DNA of 64,000 bases, taken from a virus. Numbering within the stretch: the stretch's first letter is position 1; every line of letters begins with the position of its first letter. The stretch lies in the IMG/VR virus record IMGVR_UViG_3300042923_000502, positions 1-64,000 of that record. One strand, given 5' to 3'. The position numbers and the translations under genes were made by a program. Shown here one piece after another: positions 9,358 to 18,426 of the stretch. The notes beneath the pieces are model-generated. The model worked only from the letters and a program-made list of their open reading frames with translations. It did not search any database and had not been told where the DNA came from.

Positions 9358-9585
9358 TTATTTAATTCCATCAAACTCATTCCATTTGTCATATAAATCT
9401 TGTCTAATAAGATACTCTTTACCACCATAAAAATAAACATATGCAATACAATTTAACGTACCAAGCTCATAGTAATTATATCTATCGGCAACGGTTACAC
9501 TATGACTATCATAGTCGCCTACATGGTCAATGTACCATTGAAGAAATGTGTAAAATATATTCTCATGAACAACTTGTTTAAACAT
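9358..9585 (-). CDS. Hypothetical protein
   Basis: AAGGGAGA RBS before ATG at 9585; the longer ORF-track start overlaps a tRNA. Confidence 0.65.
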   Translation of the reverse strand: MFKQVVHENIFYTFLQWYIDHVGDYDSHSVTVADRYNYYELGTLNCIAYVYFYGGKEYLIRQDLYDKWNEFDGIK

Positions 9586-9609
9586 ATCACATTCTCCCTT
9601 AAAAGAATA

Positions 9610-9695
9610 AGGAGCGTAAGAGATTCGAACTCTTGCCACTGTTACGTGCTACTTGTTTAGCAAACAAGTCCCTTTGACCGCTTGGGTAACGCTCC
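9610..9695 (-). tRNA. tRNA-Ser(GCT)
   Basis: CTTGT-TTGCTAA-ACAAG, long variable arm. Confidence 0.9.
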
Positions 9696-9928
9696 ATTTA
9701 AATCTATTAAATATCTAACAAATTCTCAATCTTATCTGAAACTCTTTTTAATCTTTCCTTAGTATCAGTTATTATTCAACTCACTATCACTAATAATCAT
9801 TTTCAAAAGATTGCTTTGATAATCCAAGAGTTGCATTACTAACTTGTGCTTCTCTACGAAATCCACTTTTTCACCACCCCATAGATAAAACCTTTATTTT
9901 ATCTTACTCTTGTGTTCTTATAGTCCTT

Positions 9929-9957
9929 ATTATACCACTTTATCTTGCACTTGTCAA
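9929..9957 (-). promoter_or_regulatory. sigma-A-type promoter (family member) driving tRNA cluster 1
   Basis: TTGACA-agtgcaagataaagtgg-TATAAT. Confidence 0.8.
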
Positions 9958-9967
9958 CAGTTATTTT

Positions 9968-10165
9968 TTAGTAAGCCAATCTGTACCTTTTTTCTACCTC
10001 TGAGTAACATACGTTATACATCAAGCTCCATCTTGTCATCTCATTTAAGATTTGAGTTTCGGTAGGATAGGTCTTAAATTCCTCTTTGCTAAACACATCA
10101 GCAAATTCATTCCTACCATCTCTTACTCTTGTCTTAATTACGAATAGTGTTTGTAAGTCTTTCAC
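9968..10165 (-). CDS. Hypothetical protein
   Basis: AAGGGAG RBS, GTG start, own promoter at 10196-10224. Confidence 0.7.
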   Translation of the reverse strand: MKDLQTLFVIKTRVRDGRNEFADVFSKEEFKTYPTETQILNEMTRWSLMYNVCYSEVEKRYRLAY

Positions 10166-10195
10166 TTTTTTATCATCTCCCTTTGATATGTCCTT

Positions 10196-10224
10196 ATTAT
10201 ATCATTTTATCTTTCATTTGTCAA
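10196..10224 (-). promoter_or_regulatory. sigma-A-type promoter (family member)
   Basis: TTGACA-aatgaaagataaaatga-TATAAT. Confidence 0.8.
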
Positions 10225-10327
10225 TAGGAAATGCGGAAAGACTTGAAGAAAGTCTCCGCACTTCCGTAGCAGATAAAACGGTTCACTAATGTCAAATCCT
10301 TACGAGTTATATAATACCACAATATAA

Positions 10328-10828
10328 CTACATTGTCAATAGTGTTGCACAATTATTTTTTAAACTAGCCGGAATATCAATAATTCTTTGGTTTTTACTT
10401 CCTCTAAACAGAAGTGTTGTATCTTTTTCTTCTATTATAAATCGACCATCAATGAGTACGTCACACATCTCAAGGAGCTGCTTTAGCAATTTACTTCTTA
10501 TAATTTCTTCATACGTAAAGCCACTATATGTCCACACATTGATATTAGGAATATGTTGTTTGCATAGTGTCAAAAATTCGATTACTTCTTTTGCTGAAAA
10601 GAATGGATCACCACCACATAAAGTTATTCCATCAATTAAAGGGTTGTTTTTTATGTCATTGATTACTTCCAATTGTTTGTCAATCGTAAATTCTTCACCA
10701 TGTTTGAAATTCCAAGCGGCTTCATTAAAACATCCTTTACATGCATGAAAACAACCGCTAATAAATATCACTGACCTTAATCCATATCCCTCATTTATAC
10801 TTTCCTTATAGTAACCTGAAATATACAT
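10328..10828 (-). CDS. nrdG: Anaerobic ribonucleotide reductase activase (radical SAM)
   Basis: SGCFHACKGCFN CxxxCxxC, GGDP, VLIDGRF, FRGSKNQR. Confidence 0.95.
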   Translation of the reverse strand: MYISGYYKESINEGYGLRSVIFISGCFHACKGCFNEAAWNFKHGEEFTIDKQLEVINDIKNNPLIDGITLCGGDPFFSAKEVIEFLTLCKQHIPNINVWTYSGFTYEEIIRSKLLKQLLEMCDVLIDGRFIIEEKDTTLLFRGSKNQRIIDIPASLKNNCATLLTM

Positions 10829-10842
10829 TTTAACATGCTCCC

Positions 10843-12702
10843 TTACTTAGTATGCTTCACTCTATCTCTTTCTTCCGCACGTTTTCCTGAGTTGAACCTA
10901 GTCATCAGATTGCCCACTAGGTAGCCTGTGATACGTCTAATTTTGACGATACGACCGCTCTCTTCTAGTTCTCCACACTGAGGACAAGACGCCCCTATCG
11001 TGCCGTCATAGCCGCAGGAATTGCACTTGTCAATTGGGTGGTTAATGCTAAAGTATCCAACATTTTGTGATAATGCATATTGTACAATCTTTTTGAATGC
11101 TTCTGGATTATTTTTCATGTTTCCATCAACTTCAACGTAGCAAATATGACCTGCATTTGTTAATTCATGGAATGGAGCTTCACGTGCAATTTTTTCATGT
11201 GCTGGAATATCATAGTACACAGGAATGTGATTGGAGTTTGTAATATATTCTCTATCCGTAACTCCTTCAATAACTCCAAATTGTTTCTGATTAATCTTTG
11301 CGAACTTTCCAGCAAGTGATTCAGCAGGAGTTGCAAAAAGAGTGAGATTCATGTCCAAATCATCAGACCATCTATCACAAAATTCTCTCATGAAGGAAAT
11401 GATATTATATCCCAAATCCCAAGCTTCTTTACTTTCTCCATGATGTTTTCCTACAAGCGCTTTAAGACACTCTGCAAGACCAACAAAACCAATAGAAATA
11501 CTACCATGTTTTAAAATTTCTCCAACTTTCTCTTCTGGATCAAGCTTTTCTCCATCCATCCATGTTCCATTAGCCATCATAAAATCACTTGCTTTAGCTG
11601 GTTGATTGTATTGAATTTTATATCTGTGAATCAAACCTTCTAAACAGATTGTCATTACTTCTTCAAGTCTGTCATAAAATGCTTTAATGTCACCTTTAGA
11701 CTCAATGCCAATCTTAGGAAGATTGATACTATTGAAGCTCAAATTACCTCTACCTGATTGGTGATTATCTCCATGACGATTTGAAATAATTCTTGTACGA
11801 CATCCCATTGTACCAATAATAGTATCTGGATCATTTTCTTTATAATATTGAAGATTGTAAGTTGCATCAACATTAACAAAGTTAGGGAATAAGCGTTTAC
11901 TTGAACATTCGATTGCTTTCAAGAATAAATCGTAATTTGCTTCACCTTCATTTTGATTGATCCCTTGTTTACATTGGAAAATCAATTGTGGGAAGATTGC
12001 CGTTTCTCCATGACCAAGACCATTAATTGAAGCTTGAAGAATACATTCGCTTACAAGTCTTCCTTCCCATGATGTATCCAATCCAAAGCAAATACTTGAG
12101 AATGGAACTTGACCACCAGCGCGAGAAGCCATTGTATTCAAGTTGTGGATCATACTTTCTGCTGCTTGAAGTGTCTCAGCTTTTGTTTCTCTTTCTGCGA
12201 ATAATTTTGCACTTGCATGAGTGCCTAAAAAATACTCTAAACCCTTTTTATAATGCTTATTATAAGACTTCTTTACGTATGGTGCTAAATCCCAATCAAT
12301 CTTACTTGCACCGCATCCACCATATTGTGAGTTTTGTTGAGCTTGGAATATGATAGCAACTTGTGCCATAGCCGTAGAAATACTATTTGGCGTTCTTACA
12401 CTACCCTTATCTCCTACGTAAAATCCACTCGCTAGGATTTTTCCAAATGGAATGAAAAGACAATTGTGTGTTCCAAGAGCATAAAAATCTAAATCATGAA
12501 TATGCATATATCCTTCATCCATATATTTCATTATTTCCTCTGGAATAACATATCTCTTTGCATACTCTTTACATGCTTCGCTTCCCATCTTTCCCATTTT
12601 GCCGCTAAACGACTCTCCGTTGACATTTGCGTTTTCTCTAATAATGTCCAAATTCCTAGTGTCGATAATATCTTTGCCAAGCTTTAAAAATGTGTCTGTC
12701 AT
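10843..12702 (-). CDS. nrdD: Class III anaerobic ribonucleotide reductase, no ATP cone
   Basis: HIHDLD, MGCRT, GRGNLSF, ATPAES, CxxC/CxxC and glycyl-radical RRITGYL; start from AAGGAGAG RBS. Confidence 0.95.
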   Translation of the reverse strand: MTDTFLKLGKDIIDTRNLDIIRENANVNGESFSGKMGKMGSEACKEYAKRYVIPEEIMKYMDEGYMHIHDLDFYALGTHNCLFIPFGKILASGFYVGDKGSVRTPNSISTAMAQVAIIFQAQQNSQYGGCGASKIDWDLAPYVKKSYNKHYKKGLEYFLGTHASAKLFAERETKAETLQAAESMIHNLNTMASRAGGQVPFSSICFGLDTSWEGRLVSECILQASINGLGHGETAIFPQLIFQCKQGINQNEGEANYDLFLKAIECSSKRLFPNFVNVDATYNLQYYKENDPDTIIGTMGCRTRIISNRHGDNHQSGRGNLSFNSINLPKIGIESKGDIKAFYDRLEEVMTICLEGLIHRYKIQYNQPAKASDFMMANGTWMDGEKLDPEEKVGEILKHGSISIGFVGLAECLKALVGKHHGESKEAWDLGYNIISFMREFCDRWSDDLDMNLTLFATPAESLAGKFAKINQKQFGVIEGVTDREYITNSNHIPVYYDIPAHEKIAREAPFHELTNAGHICYVEVDGNMKNNPEAFKKIVQYALSQNVGYFSINHPIDKCNSCGYDGTIGASCPQCGELEESGRIVKIRRITGYLVGNLMTRFNSGKRAEERDRVKHTK

Positions 12703-12780
12703 GTGAACTCTCCTTTTAAATAAGTAATCCCCCACCATTCGTAAATAGTGAGGGAATTTCTGAAAATGATGTTTTATTAA

Positions 12781-12809
12781 ATTATATCATTTTATCTTAC
12801 ACTTGTCAA
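12781..12809 (-). promoter_or_regulatory. sigma-A-type promoter (family member) for nrdDG
   Basis: TTGACA-agtgtaagataaaatga-TATAAT. Confidence 0.85.
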
Positions 12810-12819
12810 CAGTATTATT

Positions 12820-15800
12820 TTACCATGTAGCAATTGGAACTCTACTCCATGTGTTGGTAGCGTAACAACTATAAAAGTAATTGGCATCACTTGCGTAATC
12901 TCCAACTTTACCCGGAGAAGTTGCTGTGGCTGGAACGGCAACTACTTGTGTGTCAACCGGAACATAAGTTGCACCCCAATCTGTCGATCTTTCCAATCTT
13001 CCACTTGCTTCTCTATAGATTGTACCACCTACCAAGAACTTGCTAACCCAAGAATCTCTCCAATGGGCATGACCCAAGTTGCATTTTGATTGAACAAGTA
13101 ACGGTTGAGAAGTCCATGCAACATTGTTAAATTTAACATTTGATTCGTACAAAGTACCTCTCTCATGAATTTCAATTAAGCTGCCGTGTCCTTCAACGTT
13201 GATTGCTTTAGCGTTTTTCCAATATCCCTTGATTCCATTGTTTTCAAAAATAACTTTAGATTGTTGAGCGCCAGTAGCTTTCCATACGGAAAGAGTAGCC
13301 GCTAATAATCCATTTTGAGAAGAATCCGTTTGAAGGAAACTAGAGTTACGAATAGTCATACTTACTTGACCAAATGAACGAATGGTATGCATATAACGAA
13401 TACCTTCAAAGTCAATTCCATCAAAGATAATGTTAGCCGAAGTTCCTGTTGCTCCTGTAATATAGTCTTTACCAATTATAATCGCACCAGCATTGTCATC
13501 ATCTACCGTTCTCGCATTACCTCCACCAAGTTGACCTCCGAAGAAGTGCCAACCTCCACCATCAGGTGAAATGTGAACTGCAGCAATATTTCCGGCAAAC
13601 CAACAATTGTAGAAGTTCATATCACTTCCAGAAACTGCTCCAGCACGTAAATTAATACCTACAGAAACGCGTTCTGTTCTACAATTGTAATATACTGTTC
13701 CGTAACAATTGTCAATCATATCAAAGCCAATTGGCATTCTCTTTACGGTGACATTCTTAACTTCAAATTGTCTCATACCTCTTAAAAGAAGACCTTTTGC
13801 ATTGTTTGTTGTTGCGTTATTAGTAGTTCCTTCGATATAAATATCTCTAATGAATCCAGATGGCGCTACTCCAGAACCAGCTCCAGAACTTCCGTTCTGA
13901 ATTGTAATTGCGTCGAAAGCGTAACTTGTAGGAAGCAACTTAGTTGAAGTTCCACCTGCACCATAAATCATTACATTTGTATCTCCACCACCAGTGTACT
14001 TCGAGCTATCCGCAACTAATCCGAATGTAAGCTTGTAGCTACCAGCAGGAATAAACAATGGCAATCTTAATTCTGTTGCTTTGTTCAATGCGTTTTGAAG
14101 TTTGGTATCGTCTCCATCACTTCCATCTCCAATTGTACCATAGTCAATTGCAGCATGTACGTAGCCACGACTTTGAGGTGTCAATGCTGCTGAACCTACG
14201 CCGTTTGCAATAAGTTCTGCTAAAGCGCTAATACTAACTTCGTTACTTTTACTAGCAACAGAACCTATTTGTTGGAATCCAGTAGAAGTAATTCCGACTA
14301 CACCAGCCCAACTTCCGATAATTGTATTGTATCCGTCTCCTACCTCTAAATCTTTGAATTGGTAGTTTTTACGGCATCCATCAAAGCTTGAAAGAGTAAT
14401 AAAGAATGTAGAACCAGGATTTTCAGCTTTTAATCCAATATCAAAGTTAAAGAATTTGGCGTTTTGCAATTCAAATCCAATTACACGATTTAATTTAATT
14501 GCGCATTCTGGCTTTGTAGGCTGCCAATTCTTAAAGCTACAATTTCTAAAGCTAATATTAGAAGGTGCTATTCCTTCAACGGTTCCAACTTCAACTTGAT
14601 ATCCACCATTTTCTTCGATGTTAATACCTTCAAATACAAGTGAACGTGTTGCTCCACCATATATTATTATTCCACCTTTTGTATTACGTTCTACTGCTCC
14701 ACCAAACCAAGCGAATACGTCAGGTGAGTTCTCAATAAACATACCATATCCACTATTGTCAGCAATGACAATATTGAATCTTGAACTTGGAGAATTAGAA
14801 GGATGAAACTCAGGATAATACCATCCATCAACACATCTATTAATATAGATGTTTTCAAATTGTGTATACCATACGCATTTTTCATATACACCTATACCAT
14901 GTCGAATTACTTGAAGATTTCTAATCGTTACAGAGTGACAGAATAATAAGTCTACACCTATTTGAGTCTTACTAAGAACACCATAAGGCGCATTAGTTGT
15001 CAATGTAAAGTCTCTAATTTCCCATTTGTCCAAGAATCCAGCTTCATTGGCAACGTCTCCACCAATACCTTGAACATATAAAGATGACCATAGTTTAGAG
15101 TGGTTTACAAGAATAGTTCTAGACATAGAATTACCAATAAAGCTAACTTTATCTTTCATGTATAATCCTGTATGTCTATATGTTCCATCTGGAACAACTA
15201 CCTTTCCTCCACCTAAAGCCCACATATCATCCAATGCTTTTTGAATAGCTCTAGTGTCATCGTGTCGAATCTCAACATTTGTTACTGTGTAGTATGCATT
15301 TTTATCAATAGTAATTCTCTTGTTCGCAGAATCAATACTTACTATTGTACCAATGATTTCTCCTACTCCATTCACTTGCTCTTGAATGTTAAGCTCTACG
15401 CCAGTACCATTTGCATTGTATGTAACCGCAGGAGCCAATCCAACGGCTTCTCTTGTCAATCTAATGACTTTACTTGGGGCTACAACCTTTTGGCGATATC
15501 CTGTGATTTTAAGTACATCAGCAATTTGATTGATAACGTAATTAATATCACCTGTTCCTACTTGCTTAGTTGTCATTACACCACTAAATCCAGTGTAATC
15601 AAATACTTGCGAATTCCATTGTCTAGCTCCAGCATATCTAGATGTGAAACTGACAACGTTAGTATCTGCAACTCCACCAATAGTCCACGTTGACCACATA
15701 TCAGTAAAGTATCCATCTGTTCTCAATCTATTTGCAAATGCAACTGCTGTCTCTCCTTGATAAACGGTTATATAATGAGTTACACCATCTAACACGATAC

Positions 15801-16209
15801 CAAATTGTCTTTCGCTTGGAGAAGTTCCAGAGAACGTTACTTCAAAGATTTGAGGAAGAGGATTTAAAGGCAATGAATATGTATTCCCACCAATTATAAA
15901 GTCTAAATTTCCTGCCGTTGTAGGAGCTTTTGTTACTTCTATGTAGTTAATCCCACTTACCGCAGCAGCGTTAGATATTGCAATGTCTTGACCAACTTCG
16001 AATGAACTTACGGATGCAACGGTTAAAACTTTAGAGCCAGAGTTTATACTTCCTGTGGTTGTAGTTGCTGATCCACTTGCTCCATACTTCTTAACATTAA
16101 TCCCAAGATCATCAATTTTCTTTCTAAGCACACTATCGTCAAATGGATTTTGAATTATAGTAGTGCCACCGCCACCACCAGGTGGTTTCCATGGATTAAA
16201 GCGCGACAT
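12820..16209 (-). CDS. Large protein with two pectate-lyase-type parallel beta-helix domains (tailspike/depolymerase-like)
   Basis: NVKKYGA..DDTRAIQKALD..VVVPDGTY and DYGTIGDG.DDTKLQNAL..LFIPAGSY beta-helix caps; C-terminal PATATSPG..G..ASD.NYFY.C fibre-type motif; GGAGAAGG RBS before 16209. Confidence 0.8.
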   Translation of the reverse strand: MSRFNPWKPPGGGGGTTIIQNPFDDSVLRKKIDDLGINVKKYGASGSATTTTGSINSGSKVLTVASVSSFEVGQDIAISNAAAVSGINYIEVTKAPTTAGNLDFIIGGNTYSLPLNPLPQIFEVTFSGTSPSERQFGIVLDGVTHYITVYQGETAVAFANRLRTDGYFTDMWSTWTIGGVADTNVVSFTSRYAGARQWNSQVFDYTGFSGVMTTKQVGTGDINYVINQIADVLKITGYRQKVVAPSKVIRLTREAVGLAPAVTYNANGTGVELNIQEQVNGVGEIIGTIVSIDSANKRITIDKNAYYTVTNVEIRHDDTRAIQKALDDMWALGGGKVVVPDGTYRHTGLYMKDKVSFIGNSMSRTILVNHSKLWSSLYVQGIGGDVANEAGFLDKWEIRDFTLTTNAPYGVLSKTQIGVDLLFCHSVTIRNLQVIRHGIGVYEKCVWYTQFENIYINRCVDGWYYPEFHPSNSPSSRFNIVIADNSGYGMFIENSPDVFAWFGGAVERNTKGGIIIYGGATRSLVFEGINIEENGGYQVEVGTVEGIAPSNISFRNCSFKNWQPTKPECAIKLNRVIGFELQNAKFFNFDIGLKAENPGSTFFITLSSFDGCRKNYQFKDLEVGDGYNTIIGSWAGVVGITSTGFQQIGSVASKSNEVSISALAELIANGVGSAALTPQSRGYVHAAIDYGTIGDGSDGDDTKLQNALNKATELRLPLFIPAGSYKLTFGLVADSSKYTGGGDTNVMIYGAGGTSTKLLPTSYAFDAITIQNGSSGAGSGVAPSGFIRDIYIEGTTNNATTNNAKGLLLRGMRQFEVKNVTVKRMPIGFDMIDNCYGTVYYNCRTERVSVGINLRAGAVSGSDMNFYNCWFAGNIAAVHISPDGGGWHFFGGQLGGGNARTVDDDNAGAIIIGKDYITGATGTSANIIFDGIDFEGIRYMHTIRSFGQVSMTIRNSSFLQTDSSQNGLLAATLSVWKATGAQQSKVIFENNGIKGYWKNAKAINVEGHGSLIEIHERGTLYESNVKFNNVAWTSQPLLVQSKCNLGHAHWRDSWVSKFLVGGTIYREASGRLERSTDWGATYVPVDTQVVAVPATATSPGKVGDYASDANYFYSCYATNTWSRVPIATW

Positions 16210-16534
16210 ATGAAACACCTTCTCCAGAAACACTTGCGTCGATGTATAACATGTTTGCATTGCTCACAGCGAAAGTGTAACTATCACGTTCAGATAAGTC
16301 AATTCCGTAACTCAATGAGCTTGTATTTGCATCACCTACATAAATAACTCCAGTAGTACCTGTTTTTGCAATCAAGGTAATCTCACGACATGGAATATCT
16401 GGAAGTTGCACTCTAGTACCAGAGGTTGTTACATTTACAATTCCGGTAACTAACATTGAACTTCCCAATGATGTAATAGGAAGCGGATTACTTCTACTTA
16501 CATATCCATCATCTTGTGTACGAATTAAAGTCAT
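16196..16534 (-). CDS. Small beta-rich protein overlapping the start of the beta-helix gene
   Basis: AAGGAG RBS; stop overlaps the next start region. Confidence 0.8.
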   Translation of the reverse strand: MTLIRTQDDGYVSRSNPLPITSLGSSMLVTGIVNVTTSGTRVQLPDIPCREITLIAKTGTTGVIYVGDANTSSLSYGIDLSERDSYTFAVSNANMLYIDASVSGEGVSYVAL

Positions 16535-16628
16535 TTTACCATCTCCTTATTTTGATATTTAAAAATTGAAATACTATATATAAAAAAAGATGTCATAATA
16601 GACATCTCCCTTATATTACTTTATTAAA

Positions 16629-16701
16629 TTGCTTCGCCTTAGAATTGAACTAAGTTTCAAAGGGATATGAACCCTTCCGTGATCCAACCACGCCGCCAGC
16701 T
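16629..16701 (-). tRNA. Degenerate initiator-like tRNA-Met(CAT)
   Basis: AAGGG-TTCATAT-CCCTT (three G-C pairs typical of initiators); acceptor stem poorly paired. Confidence 0.55.
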
Positions 16702-16707
16702 ATAGAA

Positions 16708-16779
16708 TAGGGATAAGGAGAATCGAACTCCTGTCTAGTCCTTATCAGAGACTAATAATAACCACTATAAGATATCCCA
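16708..16779 (-). tRNA. tRNA-Ile(GAT)
   Basis: AGTCT-CTGATAA-GGACT; T arm AGGAG-TTCGATT-CTCCT. Confidence 0.8.
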
Positions 16780-16783
16780 TCAT

Positions 16784-16877
16784 TGGTGGCAAGGGATAGA
16801 ATTGAACTACCAAATGTGTCTGTATTACACAACCCCCATTACGCGGGAGCGCGACTCAGCATCTTCGCCGCCTTGCC
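16784..16877 (-). tRNA. Atypical tRNA-Tyr(GTA) with G32/C33, long variable arm, encoded CCA
   Basis: GGCAAGG/CCTTGCC-A-CCA; CTCCC-GCGTAAT-GGGGG. Confidence 0.65.
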
Positions 16878-16885
16878 ATATTAAA

Positions 16886-17140
16886 TTACTTATTCACACA
16901 TCTTTCATCAACAATTACCCAATCTTTAGGATTAATGTCTTCATCAATGAAAAAGAACATTGGTGTTTCGTCATTCATAAACTCTACAATTAGCAATCTT
17001 CCTTTTTCATGCTCAGGACAATCTTCTGAACGAACATATGTTGTCTCTGCAAGATGTACATGATACTTTCCACCAAAAGCTATTGAATCACCAATATACT
17101 CAATTTTCATTCCTTCTTTTACATCGGAAACGTTTAACAT
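16886..17140 (-). CDS. Hypothetical protein
   Basis: GGGAGG RBS, 84 aa. Confidence 0.75.
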   Translation of the reverse strand: MLNVSDVKEGMKIEYIGDSIAFGGKYHVHLAETTYVRSEDCPEHEKGRLLIVEFMNDETPMFFFIDEDINPKDWVIVDERCVNK

Positions 17141-17159
17141 GTTAAGACCTCCCTAAAGT

Positions 17160-17432
17160 TTAAATTGAAACAATTCCATCATCAAAAGGAAAAATATAAT
17201 AATCTCTGTCATTTGCTACGAAGTCGAAACGATAATGACCTTTGACATATTCAAATTCAACACTTTCAAATATTTCAATAATAAATTCTTCTGTATTTAT
17301 CCCTTCTGATTCAATTTCATCCACTCTCAAAATGGTGAAGTGATTCTTTAAATCAGTTAACATGTAGTATTGTGACGGATTACTAGCAAAAAATCCTTCT
17401 AATGCTTGTAACAATGTAATGTCTTGATCCAT
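17160..17432 (-). CDS. Hypothetical acidic protein
   Basis: GAGGTG RBS, 90 aa. Confidence 0.75.
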   Translation of the reverse strand: MDQDITLLQALEGFFASNPSQYYMLTDLKNHFTILRVDEIESEGINTEEFIIEIFESVEFEYVKGHYRFDFVANDRDYYIFPFDDGIVSI

Positions 17433-17442
17433 ATTTCACCTC

Positions 17443-17649
17443 TTAAAGTTTTTGTCTTCTTGGATTTTCTGCGGTTGAAGTTTTTTCAGCTAAATCATCT
17501 TCATTTTCAACGCTTACAACAAAGCTAATGTCTACATATCCATTTTCATAGGTTGCATTTGTGATGTGAATATTATTTTCATCAATATCAAAGTCAAGTT
17601 TCTCCATGATAAACTGTTTGTCAATATAAACTTTTCCATGCTTTAACAT
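17443..17649 (-). CDS. Hypothetical protein
   Basis: AAGGAGG RBS, 68 aa. Confidence 0.75.
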   Translation of the reverse strand: MLKHGKVYIDKQFIMEKLDFDIDENNIHITNATYENGYVDISFVVSVENEDDLAEKTSTAENPRRQKL

Positions 17650-17675
17650 GATTTACCTCCTTGAATAAAGGATTA

Positions 17676-17748
17676 TGCCCAAGAGAGGATTTGAACCTCC
17701 ACTGTATGGCTTCTTAGACCACTTTCTCTGCCGTTGGAATACTTGGGC
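17676..17748 (-). tRNA. tRNA-Leu(AAG) with short variable loop
   Basis: GTGGT-CTAAGAA-GCCAT; variable loop ACAGT; A73. Confidence 0.82.
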
Positions 17749-17755
17749 TTGCATA

Positions 17756-17829
17756 TACCCACTATCAGACTCGAACTGATAACTATGAAATTTTAAGTTT
17801 CATTCCTCTGCCAATTGGGACAAGCGGGC
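17756..17829 (-). tRNA. tRNA-Leu(TAA) with short variable loop
   Basis: TGAAA-CTTAAAA-TTTCA; A73. Confidence 0.85.
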
Positions 17830-17835
17830 AAGATA

Positions 17836-17911
17836 TCTGAACGGTTGGATTTGAACCAACATGCTCCTACTTCCAAGGTAGGCGAGATAAACCAAGTTCC
17901 TCTACGTCCAG
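17836..17911 (-). tRNA. tRNA-Pro(TGG)
   Basis: CCTAC-CTTGGAA-GTAGG; C1-G72, A73. Confidence 0.88.
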
Positions 17912-18013
17912 TTATAAGCATCGTTTTAATGCATCATCCCTTCGATATGGACTCTTGGGGATATAACACGGATAACGATAAACCGGAATCATTTACGTGA
18001 AATGATTGGGAGA

Positions 18014-18085
18014 TGACGCGTAGGAGAGTCGAACTCCTGTCTTCGCAGTGAAAGTGCGATGTCTTTGCCACTTGACTAACGCGCC
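18014..18085 (-). tRNA. tRNA-Glu(TTC)
   Basis: TCGCA-CTTTCAC-TGCGA. Confidence 0.92.
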
Positions 18086-18088
18086 ATA

Positions 18089-18338
18089 TTGACTAGGTTT
18101 TTTATTCGAAAGGGAAAACCGCTACCAAACCCTTGCACAGCGCTATGCGTTTTTTGGTAAACTCGATACCTCTACATCTTATGGCTCAACCGCCACCCAT
18201 GTTAAGCGGTTAATGTAGTAAACCTCTACTAATCTCGCTAATAGTATGCGTCCAAAAACTTTTCACACTTGTTGGAGGAAGCGCCTATCATTTTTTGGAT
18301 CAGATAGAATCACCACCACTTTTTCGGGATGTGGTCAA
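18089..18338 (-). ncRNA. Candidate ~250-nt multi-helix structured RNA between tRNAs
   Basis: No ORF; closing TTGACCA/TAGTCAA, several hairpins and a possible UCCAAAAA/UUUUUGGA pseudoknot. Confidence 0.55.
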
Positions 18339-18343
18339 CCTCA

Positions 18344-18419
18344 AGCCCTTCGACAGAATTGAACTGCCACCTGCGGAATACGATTTTTGTCCGCTATTCT
18401 ACCATTAAACTAAAAGGGC
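18344..18419 (-). tRNA. Thr-like tRNA with a 12-nt anticodon loop
   Basis: GCCCTTT/GAAGGGC-T acceptor; GCGGA-CAAAAATCGTAT-TCCGC. Confidence 0.65.
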
Positions 18420-18426
18420 ATATAAG

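Noticed and set aside
9036-9430. Plus-strand ORFs across tRNA clusters (also 16802, 17815, 19714)
   Set aside because: Antisense to tRNA genes or real CDSs.
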